Below are positions 1 to 12,251 of a DNA stretch of 64,000 bases, one piece after another. Every line of letters starts with the position of its first letter. Within the stretch, counting starts at the first letter, position 1. The notes beneath the pieces are model-generated. The model worked only from the letters and a program-made list of their open reading frames with translations. It had not been told where the DNA came from and did no database searches. This DNA is from Haliotis rubra (taxonomy: Eukaryota): positions 992,001-1,056,000 of the forward strand of contig NW_025767001.1 of the NCBI RefSeq assembly GCF_003918875.1, in the 5' to 3' direction. The position numbers and the translations under genes were made by a program.

Positions 1-628
1 TGTGTTTTATTATTCATTCCCATAGTAACATAGATGGAAACATATTATTGTAACAGAAATGAGTGAGTGAGGGTTACACCGCTTGTATGAACACTCCAGC
101 AATATCATGGACATCAGACACAGGTCCACACAGAGTATCCATATGGGGAATAGAGCCTGTGTCAACCACGCAACCACTGGATGTTGCATTTTGGGCTCAC
201 TACAGTGACCAGATTGTTGGAAACGTAACTTCTACTTTGGCACTAACAGATTGTTGTATTTTGTATCGACTTGGTTCAAAACTAACACAACAATATAATA
301 GTCCACGCACTAACTTAACGCCCTAAATAGTCCCTTACTGTCGTACAATTAGAAACTAAGGTATTTTAGTGAGAAGCAGAACATTGCGTGTTCAGAACAA
401 TCAACATGTCTGACTGTTTTGTGCTCCTTTTATTATCGCCAGCAAGTTCGTCATTTATGCGGTTCGTTACTTCCCGTTCTGCATGACCTGAAAAGCGTGT
501 TACATGGGTGTTGAAATCTTGAACATTTCCACACTATCTGGTTATTGTACCGTTTGAGAGGATGCCAAACAATCGACCTCGTCACGAACCTGTCCACCCT
601 ACCAATGTGGCACCCCTTCTGGCATGCA

Positions 629-820
629 ACCCGTGAAACTGATTGGTTGGTTGGTTGACGGGCATCATCGTATCCCAGTTACGTAGATAAATGCTCACGA
701 TGCCAGTTGCGTAGATCGATGCTCATGCTGCTGATCACTGGAATGTCTGGTCCATTATTTACAGACCGCCGCACTATAGCTGGAATAATTCTGAGTGCGG
801 CGTTAAACAACAAACAAACT
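629..820 (+). mobile_element. Family B retroposon, rearranged copy
   Basis: Starts CCCGTGAA, contains GCGTAGATCGATGCTCATG and tail GCTGGAATAATTCTGAGTGCGGCGTTAAAC followed by (AAAC)n. Confidence 0.7.
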
Positions 821-1480
821 TATGGCATGCTTTGGTTGTTGCGGCTTCACATGTATGAATTGGTAATCCTTCAGTTTGTAATGTGACGCAGCACTCAAAC
901 AGCGAAACAGTCGCGTTTCTCTTCTCAGTATAGCATTCCATGTGAGTTTCAGGTTCAGCCATACGGGTTTTTATATTTGTTAGCTAATATTACTTCGGTT
1001 AAGCCAAGATTAACTGTATAAAATGACAAAACTTTAAGCAGCGTAACAAGATATGTACGCCTTTATATGGTGTATATTTAAAGCTGGCTGTGACTTTACG
1101 AGATCATCGTTCCACATGTTGGATATTAATGATGGGGAAATGGTGACAAAAGTAGACGTTGACGTCCAATGCAGCATCAAGTTGCTGCACTTACAGAATG
1201 TCGTAATATCAAGCATCGATTCCATATCATGACCTACAAGAACGGTTGTCACCTTTTATGAAATAAAAACGACTATTTTAACTGTCGAAGTTGCATGTGG
1301 AGGGCATTTCCGTATTTGACTTTGACAAAAATGATGTCCGATGAAATTCTCTGTTTTAACTTCACCATGTGTCCGGGTGTTTTGACAGGGTGAAGAACTG
1401 ACGTGCCTTTGCATGTCTTTGTGACCTGCGTAATGACTGGTATAATCACTACTTGACCAACTTCCCTGTATCATAATATA

Positions 1481-1837
1481 AGGTGAGGTGGGGTGAAATT
1501 GGGTTTAACGTCGTGCTTGAGAATATTTCGCTCATATGACGACGTGCATGCGTGTGTATGTGTGTGTGCGGCTGTTTGTACTAGCCAAGACTGAAGCTGG
1601 TTTTATAGTGCTAGCCCACTGAGATACTATGCCGCAGTGAAGCATGAATACCCCATTCAGACACATTATACTGACTCCGAGCCGACCAGTCCTTGTTGTA
1701 CCCATTAATGCCGAGCGCCAGGCAGGGACCAACAAGTACCATATTTTAACGTCTTTTGGTATGACGCGGGCGGGGATCGAACCCGCGACCTTCCGCTCTC
1801 CGGGCGAACGCTCTAACCACTACACCACGGAGGCGGT
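1481..1837 (-). mobile_element. tRNA-derived SINE family C (Meta/MESC-like core), full length
   Basis: Minus-strand head with A box TGGTGTAGTGG and B box GGTTCGATCCC, core GTCATACCAAAAGACGTTAAAATATGGTACTTG, (CACCT/CACCC)n tail, TSD ATCATAATAT. Superfamily assignment is from memory of the core. Confidence 0.88.
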
Positions 1838-3796
1838 AAATCATAATATGAAACGCCAGTGTTAAAGAATACCTACTCTGGTCTCGACTATCCTCAGTTA
1901 GAAATTCAGTTTGGTTTAAAAGAGGAAAAAGAGCTGTGAGAATTACATGAATGGAACACTGAAAATCAGGTATTCGCGACGTCATGAGAATCTTCCTGTC
2001 TCTATACATGTGTATATTGTGTGAGCGGGTGCTTAACGTCGGCTTTAACGTAATACCGTCCAGGATGCCGTTGTACAAAGCTACCTCAGCGCAATGACAG
2101 TCTCAAGTCACCAACATCGCTTTGTACAACGGCACTCTGTGATAGCGTTTTGTTCTTTGGTATTTTCACCATACCTGGTGGCACTGATTATGATCGAGTT
2201 CATTATTGGATCTAACATATTTTTCGACCATTTTATTTTGGATCATGGAGCTTTAGTTCTGTAGACTCCTGGGCCAAAAACGTACCTAAATAAAGAGGAT
2301 ACGAACCAGGAATTAGTATTAAAAGAGAGCCAGTAATAATGCTCTGGGGAACTAGAGATTTTAACTCTGTGTCTGTATAAGGGACGGCTCATTCTCGACA
2401 TTACAAGTTATACCCATTGTTTGGCTTCATCTCTGTGTGGGAAATCTCTTCTAAAGGAAGAGTCGATAGTACACTTCGGACTATATATGAGGATGAGGAT
2501 GAGTTTGTTTGACACCGCATTCAGCAGTATTACAGCTTTACGACGCGGTCTGTAAACAAACCATTCTGGACCAGACAATCCAGTGACTGATACTATGACA
2601 TACGATGACAGAGCATGCGTATATAAACATAATGATACCAGGTGTTTGCGAAAAGGTGAGCGTATACTGCCCGGTGTGTGACTGAAGTATATATTTAACT
2701 AATATGCTGCCAGATAGAACAAAGATACAGACATTGCGTAGTGAGTGAGTGCATTTAGTTTTACGCCGTCAACCAAACCAGCGAGCCTGACCATCCGATC
2801 CCTTTAGTCGCCCACTGCGTAGTGACTGGTATGAAAGTAGGTGTTGTTTTGTGCCGCAGTATACCGATACCACTGAACATTAGAAGTAGTCGAAACTTAC
2901 CAGTCAAACCAGAGCTTGATGTCATTAGCAACGTTTTATGTCCAGATACGATGAAATAAGTCAGCGAGTACTCTAATCAAACGATATTTTTAAAGGCACA
3001 ATGTCACACATTTTCGACAATACTTTAAGCTATATTATGCATATTTGGGCATATGCACTCCCTTTAGCTTCCTATTGATGCAATAAAAGACTTATAATCC
3101 CTTACGATTTGCCTGAAATCGATAATTGAAACTTCCAACAACTTCCAAACAGAATATACTTGCCATATATTGAATGTAAACAATTTCTCCGTACATCGAA
3201 AACTGTAGCACGCGGTGTTGTCGGTGTTTGGCGAACTGGTTTTAATCACAAGTTGCGTTATAATATATTTGTAAAGAGCGCTCCAAAGGACATAACTCTA
3301 TGGGTTCGCTTTAAATAATGTTGGTCCGGTAGAGGGCGCGAGAGTCGATTTAATGCAACGTTGCATCAATTCATTCAAACTTTTAAATTTTATACTGTAA
3401 TCTAAATACGTAACTTTGTTTGGAATAAATTATATGGTAGCTTCCTTGAGGGCTGATAGTTCTTTTGAGAGAAATGCATTATTGTCAAAATGGTGTGGTT
3501 TGACATTGTGCCTTTAAACTTGTCTTTTACAACATGCAAGGAGACTAGGGAGGTACTCTTCCCTGAAAGCAGTATAGAGTCTTTGATTGTACACAGGCTA
3601 ATATGTTCAGTAAGGCTCCGTATTTTGGAGTATTTTAATTTTGATCTTGTCACTAAATGCCACTGTACAATTTACCTATATGCTCCACCTTAGCAAATGC
3701 AAATGTATACAATAAAAGACGTCTTACATTCAACATTTGCTGTGGTTGCCTATTGTGTAGAAAATATATTTATCATATGAATACTATTCATGACTA

Positions 3797-3931
3797 CTCC
3801 CAATTGCGCAGATCGATGCTCATGCTGTTGATCACTGGATTGTCTGGTCCAGACTTGATTATTTACAGACCGCCGCCATATAGCTGGAATATTGCTGAGT
3901 GCGGCGTAAAACTAAACTCAATCACTCACTC
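3797..3931 (+). mobile_element. Family B retroposon, 5'-truncated
   Basis: Matches the 3' half of family B and ends in an (ACTC)n tail. Confidence 0.8.
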
Positions 3932-4581
3932 ATGACTACTCTCCTTATGTTACGTTTAAACATTTCAAAACTTTTAGAACGACGCTGATGTCCTACGCGA
4001 GGCCGTATAAAACCCCGAAACCCTACCGAAAGGGTTAAGAGCAGGTTTTCGTGCTTTGAAAAGAGTTTGATTTGAACTGAAACGGAAATATAAATTAAAA
4101 TACCCGAATCATCATTGATGATAAGGTAGTTCAAACACTGTATTTAAACACATCAGTGCATTTCCTTTCTATCTGCTCATTCAGTCATACCTCAAGGAAA
4201 AACATTCCAATTACAATCTTTCAAATTACAAATGATGGCACACTTTTCAGAACATGTTCCATTTATAACTGAAATTTAACCACACCAATCGACCCTTTAC
4301 CCGTAGGCTATTATATGATGCCATTTACTTTGATTTAATCAATATTCAATTATTAAAAAAGATCAGTACTTGTCATAATGAGAAACATGACAGATGAAGA
4401 TATTCCCGTGGGCTGATTTTCTTGAACCGGATGGCCATATTAACACAAGGTTTAATGTGACAAAAGTTGAGTTCTAACTCTTAAATTCAATGCCGTGAAC
4501 TTAATTTTTGTGTACATAGCTAATTTTGAAAATGTTTGAAATGGTTGGCACATAACATGTAGTGAATGAAACCGTGAGCTT

Positions 4582-5021
4582 GAAAGAAGAGCTGAGTTTT
4601 TTGTAGTGGAACATTACTGGAAGATGAAATTTCAAGAACACGGGTCGCTGTCTTGGAACGAAAATAGTTATAACGGACTGAAAAAATGTGTCCAGTTCTG
4701 AGTATTATGCACGTTCTGTCACGCCGTCGCTATTTTTTTGTTTAAAGAACAATGATGATATTTTTGTAATAAGTGCGGCCTTTCCAACAGGGTATTGTTA
4801 AAATCCCAATGAGGAGTCCGCTATAGAACTGATCCCCAGAATTTGTTCTTGTCATTGGCAACTAAATCGACCGGGGTTGCTTGATACAGATATGTGGATG
4901 CCATTTACAAATGTGACTCCTTTATTTGAAGCAAATTCCAGAAGAAGATCCGTATCAGATGCTTCATTGGCATTTTAGAAGATGCTATTTGATGAACATA
5001 GAGACTTTTCTGGGTTACATC
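4582..5021 (+). mobile_element. Possible highly decayed Tc1/mariner (Tc3-like) transposase relic
   Basis: ERRAEFFVVEHYWKMKFQEHGS resembles the N-terminal HTH of Tc3-like transposases; GACTTTTCTGGGTTACATC resembles a frameshifted DFFxWGY motif. Confidence 0.3.
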
Positions 5022-5106
5022 TTCTTTTTATTCTTGAGTACAACGTTTCAGGGCTTGTTCTGGCCCCATCATCAGGTAAAAACCATCAGGCCCCAAAATC
5101 TCTATT

Positions 5107-5241
5107 CGTATCCCTGGTGCGTAGATCGATGTTCACGCTGTTGATCACTGGATTTGTTCGGTCCAGACTCGATTATTCACAGACCGCCGTCATGTAGCTT
5201 GAATATTGCTGAATGCGGCGTTAAACAACAAACAAACAAAA
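5107..5241 (+). mobile_element. Family B retroposon, 5'-truncated
   Basis: 3' half of family B with (AAAC)n tail. Confidence 0.75.
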
Positions 5242-5317
5242 CACTGTTTGAAAGTGATTGTTAAACACATGCTTATGGTATAGTCGGATTCACACAACGG
5301 GCTCTTCTTATAGCAGA

Positions 5318-5455
5318 GGGTCGGTGGGGTAGCCCAGTGGTTCGGGTTCGATTCCCCACATTGGTACAATGTGTGAAGCCCATTTCTGGTGTCCCCCGTC
5401 GTGATATAGGTGGAATATTGCTAAAAGCGGCGTAAAACCCAACTCACTCACTCAC
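5318..5455 (+). mobile_element. tRNA-derived SINE family A, internally deleted
   Basis: A box joined directly to B box, family body, (ACTC)n tail, TSD TCTTATAGC(A/C)GAG. Confidence 0.85.
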
Positions 5456-5540
5456 TCTTATAGCCGAGACTGCTTATGATTATAGAGAGGGGTGTCATCG
5501 TATCTATTTACAACTACCACCTCAACCAACCAACCAGCCA

Positions 5541-5760
5541 CACGTGAAGGTCCGGGTTAGAATTGATCTTCAGCAACCCATGCTTGTCGTAAGAGGCGAC
5601 TAACGGGATCGGGTGGTCAGGCTCGCTGACTTGGTTGACACATGTCATCGCTTCCCAATTGCGTAGATCGATGCTCATGATGTTGATCACTGGATTGTCT
5701 CGTCCAGTCTTATTTACATAGGTGGATTATTTGCTAAGTGCGGCGAACTCACCTCACTCA
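5541..5760 (+). mobile_element. Family B retroposon
   Basis: CACGTGAAGGTCCGGGTTAG start, TGTCGTAAGAGGCGACTAA core, degenerate tail. Confidence 0.85.
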
Positions 5761-6030
5761 CCAACCCAAAGAAAGAAAGAAGAATGAGTAATAGTTACGT
5801 TAGCTGTAATGTACTGAGGCTATGACAAGGCATTTGGAGTGCGGCATTAGTAAGATAATCGTAGATCGGATCATCTGTTGGTTGATAGAATAAACCCACA
5901 TCGACCGAGAACGATTAGATCAGATAATGTTACGTGAATTCAAGCGATTAAACCTGGATAATGATCATATGAAATATATGCCTTAAGTACAGTTTATTGT
6001 ATGTATAGCCTAAGTCTCTGTATGTTTTGA

Positions 6031-6199
6031 GGGGCGGTGGGGTAGCCTAGTGGTTAAAGCGTTCGCTCGTCACGCCGAAGACCCGGGTTCGATTCCCCAC
6101 ATGGGTACAATGTGTGAAGCCCATTTCTGGTGTCCCCCGCCGTGATATTGCTGGAATATTGCTAAAAGCGCCGTAAAACCATACTCACTCACTCACTCA
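6031..6199 (+). mobile_element. SINE family A, full length
   Basis: Pol III A and B boxes, (ACTC)n tail, 13-bp TSD CTGTATGTTTTGA. Confidence 0.95.
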
Positions 6200-6570
6200 C
6201 TGTATGTTTTGAATTAGAATGGGGTCACAGGAGGGAAGCATCTAAGACGAAGCTATTCTGAACACAGCGGTCGATCATGGTTTTGAATTTTTCTTCTCCT
6301 TGGCTGCGTTTCCAGGTTTATCAGGATTATATCCGTTCTCGTGTGTTTCACCAAGGTACTTAATCGGCTCGGGCTTTTTCAAACAATCTCCCTCGCCATG
6401 ATGATGAACTACTGATTCAATGCGGCTTTAGATAATTCAATAACTCATTCAATACACGATGAGTGACAAACTTAGAGTGTAATATGGCGTCTCCGATAGT
6501 TTATACTAGTGCGTGAGTGAGTGAGATAGGTTTAACGCCGATTAGAACAGTATTCCACTAACATCACAGT

Positions 6571-6740
6571 GGGGCGGTGGGGTAGCCTAATGGTTAAAGC
6601 GTTGGCTCGTCACGCCGAAGACCCGGGTTCGAATCCCCACATGGGCACAATGTGTGAAGCCCATTTCTGGTGTCCCCCGCCGTGATGTTGCTGGAATATT
6701 GCTAAAAGCGGCGTAAAACCAAACTCAGTCAGTCAGTCAG
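6571..6740 (+). mobile_element. SINE family A, full length, (AGTC)n subfamily
   Basis: TSD TAACATCACAG; sits within an older antisense SINE tail. Confidence 0.95.
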
Positions 6741-7026
6741 TAACATCACAGCATGTCAGCTGTTCATGTGGGCTGAAAGCCTAAAGTGGTGTAGGACTCA
6801 GATTGACATCGGTGAAACCCACGAGCCCGTGTATAACGAACCGCCTAACGAACGTACACACATTATCAGGGGCAAACAAGGGTTCGAATCCATGGTCCTC
6901 GGTTCCTGACGCACCCAGGGGACGTAACTGTGCATATCGAGTTACGGTGCCTTAGACTGTCTAGTCATCGGTGCCCCTTCAAACGTATGCCCAATTCCAA
7001 GGGCAAATTGATGTGGCCATCCATAC

Positions 7027-7440
7027 TAGTGTTGGGAATTGGTTAAAATCTTACAATTGATGATTGGTTCATTACAACCGATCAATCATCGAAAAAATTG
7101 GTTAGCGTGATTCATCAAATTCTCCTGGTTATGTTTGTTAATGCACAATGTATTCTCCTGCACAAAATGCATTTACAAATTTCACATCTTTAAAGGAGGA
7201 CTAGTATGTTAGGAACATAAATTTCCTGGAATCTTTAAGATAATTTCAATCATGACAAGGAACCAACTTGTAGTACTTATGAAATGCAACAGACAAAACC
7301 AAACATGTGAAAAATGTTGTTAATGCAAGCAAGTGTGCCAAAATGGTTTGTGTTCGATTATGAGAAAACATGATCGATTGCTTGGTTGTTTAGTCATTGC
7401 GACCAATCTTCGATTATTTCAATTAATCGGACCACCGCTA
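7027..7440. mobile_element. hAT-like MITE
   Basis: Termini TAGTGTTGG...CCACCGCTA, perfect 8-bp TSD ATCCATAC (7019-7026 and 7441-7448), subterminal CGATT/AATCG motifs. Confidence 0.8.
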
Positions 7441-7524
7441 ATCCATACTCGTCAACTTTTCAATTGTCCAGCGGATTATATCTTCATTCTGTCATTATAA
7501 ACACCCTAGACCCACTCGCTATCA

Positions 7525-7702
7525 CTGACAAACTGACTGACTGACTGAGTTTGGTTTTACGCCGCTTTTAGCAATATTCCAGCAACATCACGGCGGGGGA
7601 CACCAGAAATGGGCTTCACACATTGTGCCCATGTGGAGATTCCAACCCGGGTCTTCGGCGTGACGAGCGAACGCTTTAACCATTAGGCTACCCCACCGCC
7701 CC
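7525..7702 (-). mobile_element. SINE family A, full length
   Basis: Family consensus on the minus strand, TSD CCCACTCGCTATCA. Confidence 0.93.
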
Positions 7703-7715
7703 CACTCGCTATCAA

Positions 7716-7860
7716 GGTCGGTGGAGTAGCCTAGTGGATAAAGCTTTCGTTCATCATGCCGAATACCTTGTTCGATTCCCCACATGTGGCGCCCGTGTGC
7801 TGCCCCCTGCTGTGACATTGATGGAATATTGTTAGCGGCGTAAAACCATACTCAATCACT
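7716..7860 (+). mobile_element. SINE family A, older diverged copy
   Basis: Degenerate A and B boxes and tail, head-to-head with the previous copy. Confidence 0.75.
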
Positions 7861-8673
7861 TGCTACAAAAGATGCTTGTCAGAAACAACTGTACCATCGC
7901 TGTCACTAACAAGCCTCTCGCTCATGAATATACTAATGTGATATCACGGGTATTTATCATAATAAGGTGAATAAATTATGAAATCAATTAATACACTGAA
8001 TTGTGGAGGAGAGCTGGTCAGTGGAGTGGCGTCGGCTGTCATCACGGACATTCGGTGGTCAAATCATATTATTTGCACAGCTATTGCCATTTACACCAAA
8101 CAGAATCTCAGTCCGAGGACAGTCAGTGCAACCTGTCATTTCACACTGACAACTTATATCTGATTCATAAATCGTATTTACTTATTTAGCTAACTGCTTA
8201 CGTTATTATCATTTGTATAATTAGTTGAATTTAACCTTATGAATATAAGGTGGGAGTTTAAGCGCGTCTTCCACAACCTTCTTCCAATGTTTGTTTGATT
8301 GAAATTACGTATTATTAAAAATTTCCTTCACGCATTTTAGGTAGCCATGTAGTTTTTGAATGAAATAGTGTAGAGTCTTTTGAATTTCTCGATTAGAGTT
8401 TTTAGGTAATTATCACCACTTGGTTATTTTCGCATTCAAATACTTTCTCACAAATTGGATAATAGTCTTTTTCTAATTCTTTCAAAGAAGAGTGTCATTA
8501 TCTTTTTCAGTTGTTCTCAGCGTATCTTCAAAAGGTCACCTTGTAAGATGAGGTGTAATTATAGGATACCATAACAATAAATGTGTCATCTGTTAAATTC
8601 CATAACTCATTTAGTTTCCTCTGCTGGACTGTTGTCTTGATGTAGCTATTATCGATGTTTCACGGATCTCAAT

Positions 8674-8835
8674 ACTGACTGAGTTTGGTTTTACGCCGCT
8701 TTTAGCAATATTCCAGCAACATCACGGCGGGGGACACCAGAAATGGGCTTCACACATTGTGCCCATGTGGGGATTCGAACCCGGGTCTTCGGCGTGACGA
8801 GCCAACGCTTTAACCATTAGGCTACCCCACCGCCC
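8674..8835 (-). mobile_element. SINE family A, full length
   Basis: 13-bp TSD CACGGATCTCAAT. Confidence 0.95.
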
Positions 8836-8952
8836 CACGGATCTCAATTGAACTTACAACAATAGCCGTATCGAGCATGCGTTCTCTACAACCCGCCCAA
8901 TACAATTCCGGAGGGTCACGAAAGTCCAGGTTGGATGTTCCATATGGGTACA

Positions 8953-9122
8953 GTGAGTGAGTGAGTGAGTATGGTTTTACGATGCTTTTAGCAATATTCC
9001 AGCAACATCACGGCGGGGGACACCAGAAATGGGCTTCATACATTGTACCCATGTGGGGATTCGAACCCGAGTCTTCGGCGTGACAAGCCAACGCTTAAAC
9101 CATTAGGCTACCCCACCGTCCC
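8953..9122 (-). mobile_element. SINE family A
   Basis: Family consensus with (GAGT)n on the plus strand. Confidence 0.9.
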
Positions 9123-9387
9123 TCGAACCCGAGATGATTTGCGTTACGAGCCAACGCTGTAATATTTGCTACTACCACCAAGAGCTGCACCCACTGCCCT
9201 TATATGGGTAGGGCGTGACACCAATATCTAGTGTCTTCCGCCGTGGTGTTGTGATAAAAGCCATTCAACTCACTGTCTAAAATTGCCACTGATTGACAGA
9301 ATCGGATGTATCGAACTGAGACTGAGGATTCGCTGGAGTTCGAAATAACCAGCGTTTCGTCATACATGTAGTTGTAAGGTCAGTTAA

Positions 9388-9507
9388 AGGGCACATGCAA
9401 CGCAAACACTACTTTGTAGATTCTGATACCTTTCGGTATGGACTTACAGTAACAAATTATCAAATATGCAAATTCAACTTATAAAGATGAAAAATAACGC
9501 GATGAAA

Positions 9508-9554
<47 letters not shown>

Positions 9555-10597
9555 GCGAAATCGGAGTTCAAACGATTCGCTAATTTCACTCACCCCAGCG
9601 AAAAGTGGGTGAAAAGTGGTTTCAACAGCTGTGCTGCGCTGCGCCCATAGCGCATGCGCAGTGATTAGGTTCGCGCGGCTTGAACCGGGAAGGCGACTCG
9701 TAAAAACACAGCAAAGTGATGCGTGCAAGGATTGTCGCTGTGGTCGAAGTTGGAGAACAAAAGATGTTTCTTGTGATTACCAGCATGTTGGGTCTACAGT
9801 AATAAAAATACACTGGTTCCATACTTTTTCTTATATGTTTTCACATCTTGCTATTTGGGGGTTGGCAGATTTGCAAACCAAGTTTTCAAGAAAGTGTAGC
9901 ATTAGAAATACTAATTTCATTGTTAAAAATTGCCCAGCTTGAAACCTGAAATGTTTTAATACATTTCTATGGAAACATAGAAAAATATGTTGATTGTGAT
10001 ATACAAAATACGTTGATTTATGGCTCGTGCACCTGGAGTTCTGTCTCTGTCACATTATGTAATTACACAGACAGGCAGGTGTGATACTTGTACACATCAC
10101 ATGTTATTATGTTTGTGGGTTGCAAACAAACTGCATCTATTTTTCTCGGATGACTTGATCGGGCGGAAACCGCTGCAAACTCACATTGTCAGTTTCAACG
10201 ACGAACGACAATTTCCAGCCACGCAGTAGTTCACCATCTCAGTATTTGTTGATTGGATCGAACACAAATGCAGAAACAAATGAGCATATATTTACATAAC
10301 CCTACATTTCTATATACACACACACACACTGAGCCGTCAGAGTATCGGAAAATGAACCAGCCAATGAAAGCCTTCGTAACACTTGAGTGCACACCCACCC
10401 GCTCTGACTGGGTTCGCTCTTCCGGGTGTTTCCTTTCGATGGTAGTAAACCCAAGTACAAAATATTGCACTTTTGATTTGCGATTGTACGCTTATAATTT
10501 TGTTTATTTGTATTGTCATTATCAGCAATGTATATTATATGTCATGAATAAATGATAATTGTGTTTTCATTATGTTTTCATTTGTTGCATCTAAGCT
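9388..10597. mobile_element. Kolobok-like non-autonomous DNA transposon with THAP remnant
   Basis: TTAA at both flanks, imperfect TIR AGGGCACATGCAAC / GTTGCATCTAAGCT, ends homologous to 12252-13324, internal (CA)n. Confidence 0.8.
10113..10237 (-). pseudogene. Decayed THAP zinc-finger N-terminus of a transposase
   Basis: MVNYCVAGNCRSSLK, frameshift, then DNVSLQRFPPDQVIREK*MQFV: THAP signature CxxxxC...FP...R..W with the Trp codon mutated to TAG. Confidence 0.8.
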
Positions 10598-10777
10598 TTA
10601 AATTTCGTTGTATACGGCTATCGACACGATATTTTAGTCTGAGCAATTCTTTGAAAATGGTATAAATAATGTATTCCAATATATGTATTCGTGCATAACT
10701 AACTAACTCGGAAACTAATAACGTCTATCTTAATACTTGTCCGTAAAACTAATAGGCGTTATTAGTTTCCATCGAAC

Positions 10778-11005
10778 CGGTCAAGATCCAGGTTAGAATT
10801 GGTCTTCAGCAACCCATGCTTGTAGTATGAAGTGACTAACGGGATCTGGTGGTCAGACTCGCTGACTTGGTTGACACATGTCATCGTATCCCAATTGCGT
10901 AGATCGATGCTCATGATGTTGATCACTGGATTGCCTGATCCAAACTCGATTATTTACAGACCATAGAGCTTGAATATTGCTGAGCGCGGCGTTAAACAGC
11001 AATCA
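10778..11005 (+). mobile_element. Family B retroposon
   Basis: Near full-length diverged copy. Confidence 0.85.
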
Positions 11006-11191
11006 AAACTGTCCATCGTCATTATTCGGGTTTGATGGTACTTATTACATATACCAGCACAGTCGATATCTTAGTATGAGCATTTATACTTTATGATCAT
11101 CTTCCTTAATGAAGAGTTATACTGTTGAACGAGGCGTTGAAATAATTATCATTTTCCTTGTACACAATACCTCTCTGTTCATTAATTACAG

Positions 11192-11526
11192 ACCGCCTCC
11201 GGGGTGTAGTGGTTAGAGCGTCCGCCCGGAGAGCGGAAGGTCGCGGGTTCGATCCCCGACCGCGTCATATCAAAAGACGTTAAAATATGCTGGTCCCCGC
11301 CTGGCGCTCGGCATTAATGGGTACATCAAGGACTGGTCGGCTCTGAGTGGGGTATTCATGCTTCACTGCGGCATGGTATCTCAGTGGGCTAGCACTATAA
11401 AACCAGGTTAAGTCTGGGCTAGTACAAGCAGCCGCACATACACATACACACGCGTGCACGTCGTCATATGAGCGAAATATTCTCAAGTACGACGTTAATC
11501 CCAATTTCACCCCACCTCACCTCATC
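11192..11526 (+). mobile_element. SINE family C
   Basis: tRNA head, 12-bp TSD TCATTAATTACA, small internal deletions. Confidence 0.9.
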
Positions 11527-11685
11527 TCATTAATTACAACTATGACCAGTAACTTCAATTTTGCAAAATTTTAAGTTGTTTCTGTCTCATCTACTTTAGT
11601 GACAAGGCGTTGGACAGTTTCGGTAAATTCAATACATAATCTATGTTTCATATTTGGATTCTGATGCAAAATCCCATTGAAAGTT

Positions 11686-11919
11686 GGTGAGTGTGTGAGT
11701 TTAGGTTTACGCCGCAATATTCCACCTATGTGGCGGCGGTATGTAAATAAGTCTGGACCAGACAATCCAGTGATCAACATCATGAGCATCGATCTACGCA
11801 ATTGGGATACGATGACATGTGTCAACCAAGTCGGCGAGCCTGACCACACTATCCCGTTATTCGCCTCTTACGACAGGCATGGGTTACTGAAGATCAATTT
11901 GAACCCGGATCTTCACGGG
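11686..11919 (-). mobile_element. Family B retroposon, full length
   Basis: Begins CCCGTGAAGATCCGGGTT on the minus strand and ends in the shared tail. Confidence 0.88.
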
Positions 11920-12251
11920 TATGGTTACGAGTGGAATGTGACTGGTCCCGAGCAGCAAACAGAAAGCCTTCGGTTTCACTTTTCAGGCCTCAACATACAG
12001 CAGTGTTCGTTCAAACGGCATTCCCTTGAAAAACTGAGCCAACGAAAATTTGTTATGAGATTTGGCTTGGTTGACATTAATTTCTGTCTCGTCCAGAAGT
12101 GCAGTACTGAAGCATCAACCAAATGAGTGCCTATTTCATCATAAACCTTGACATCCTTCATGAAGGGAATTATTAGACAAATAAATGTGTACAAAAGTGT
12201 AGAGCGGTTGGGCCAGCCGAAGGCACGGGTTTATTTTTCAGTCTTCTTAAA

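Noticed and set aside
3420-3720. L1/Tx1 3' end
   Set aside because: AATAAA present but protein similarity too weak to support by eye
3984-4045. Hammerhead ribozyme (CTGATG...GAAA plus hairpin)
   Set aside because: Core lacks CUGANGA and stem I cannot be formed
6031-6105. tRNA genes at SINE heads (families A and C)
   Set aside because: Heads run directly into SINE bodies with tails and TSDs; not stand-alone tRNAs
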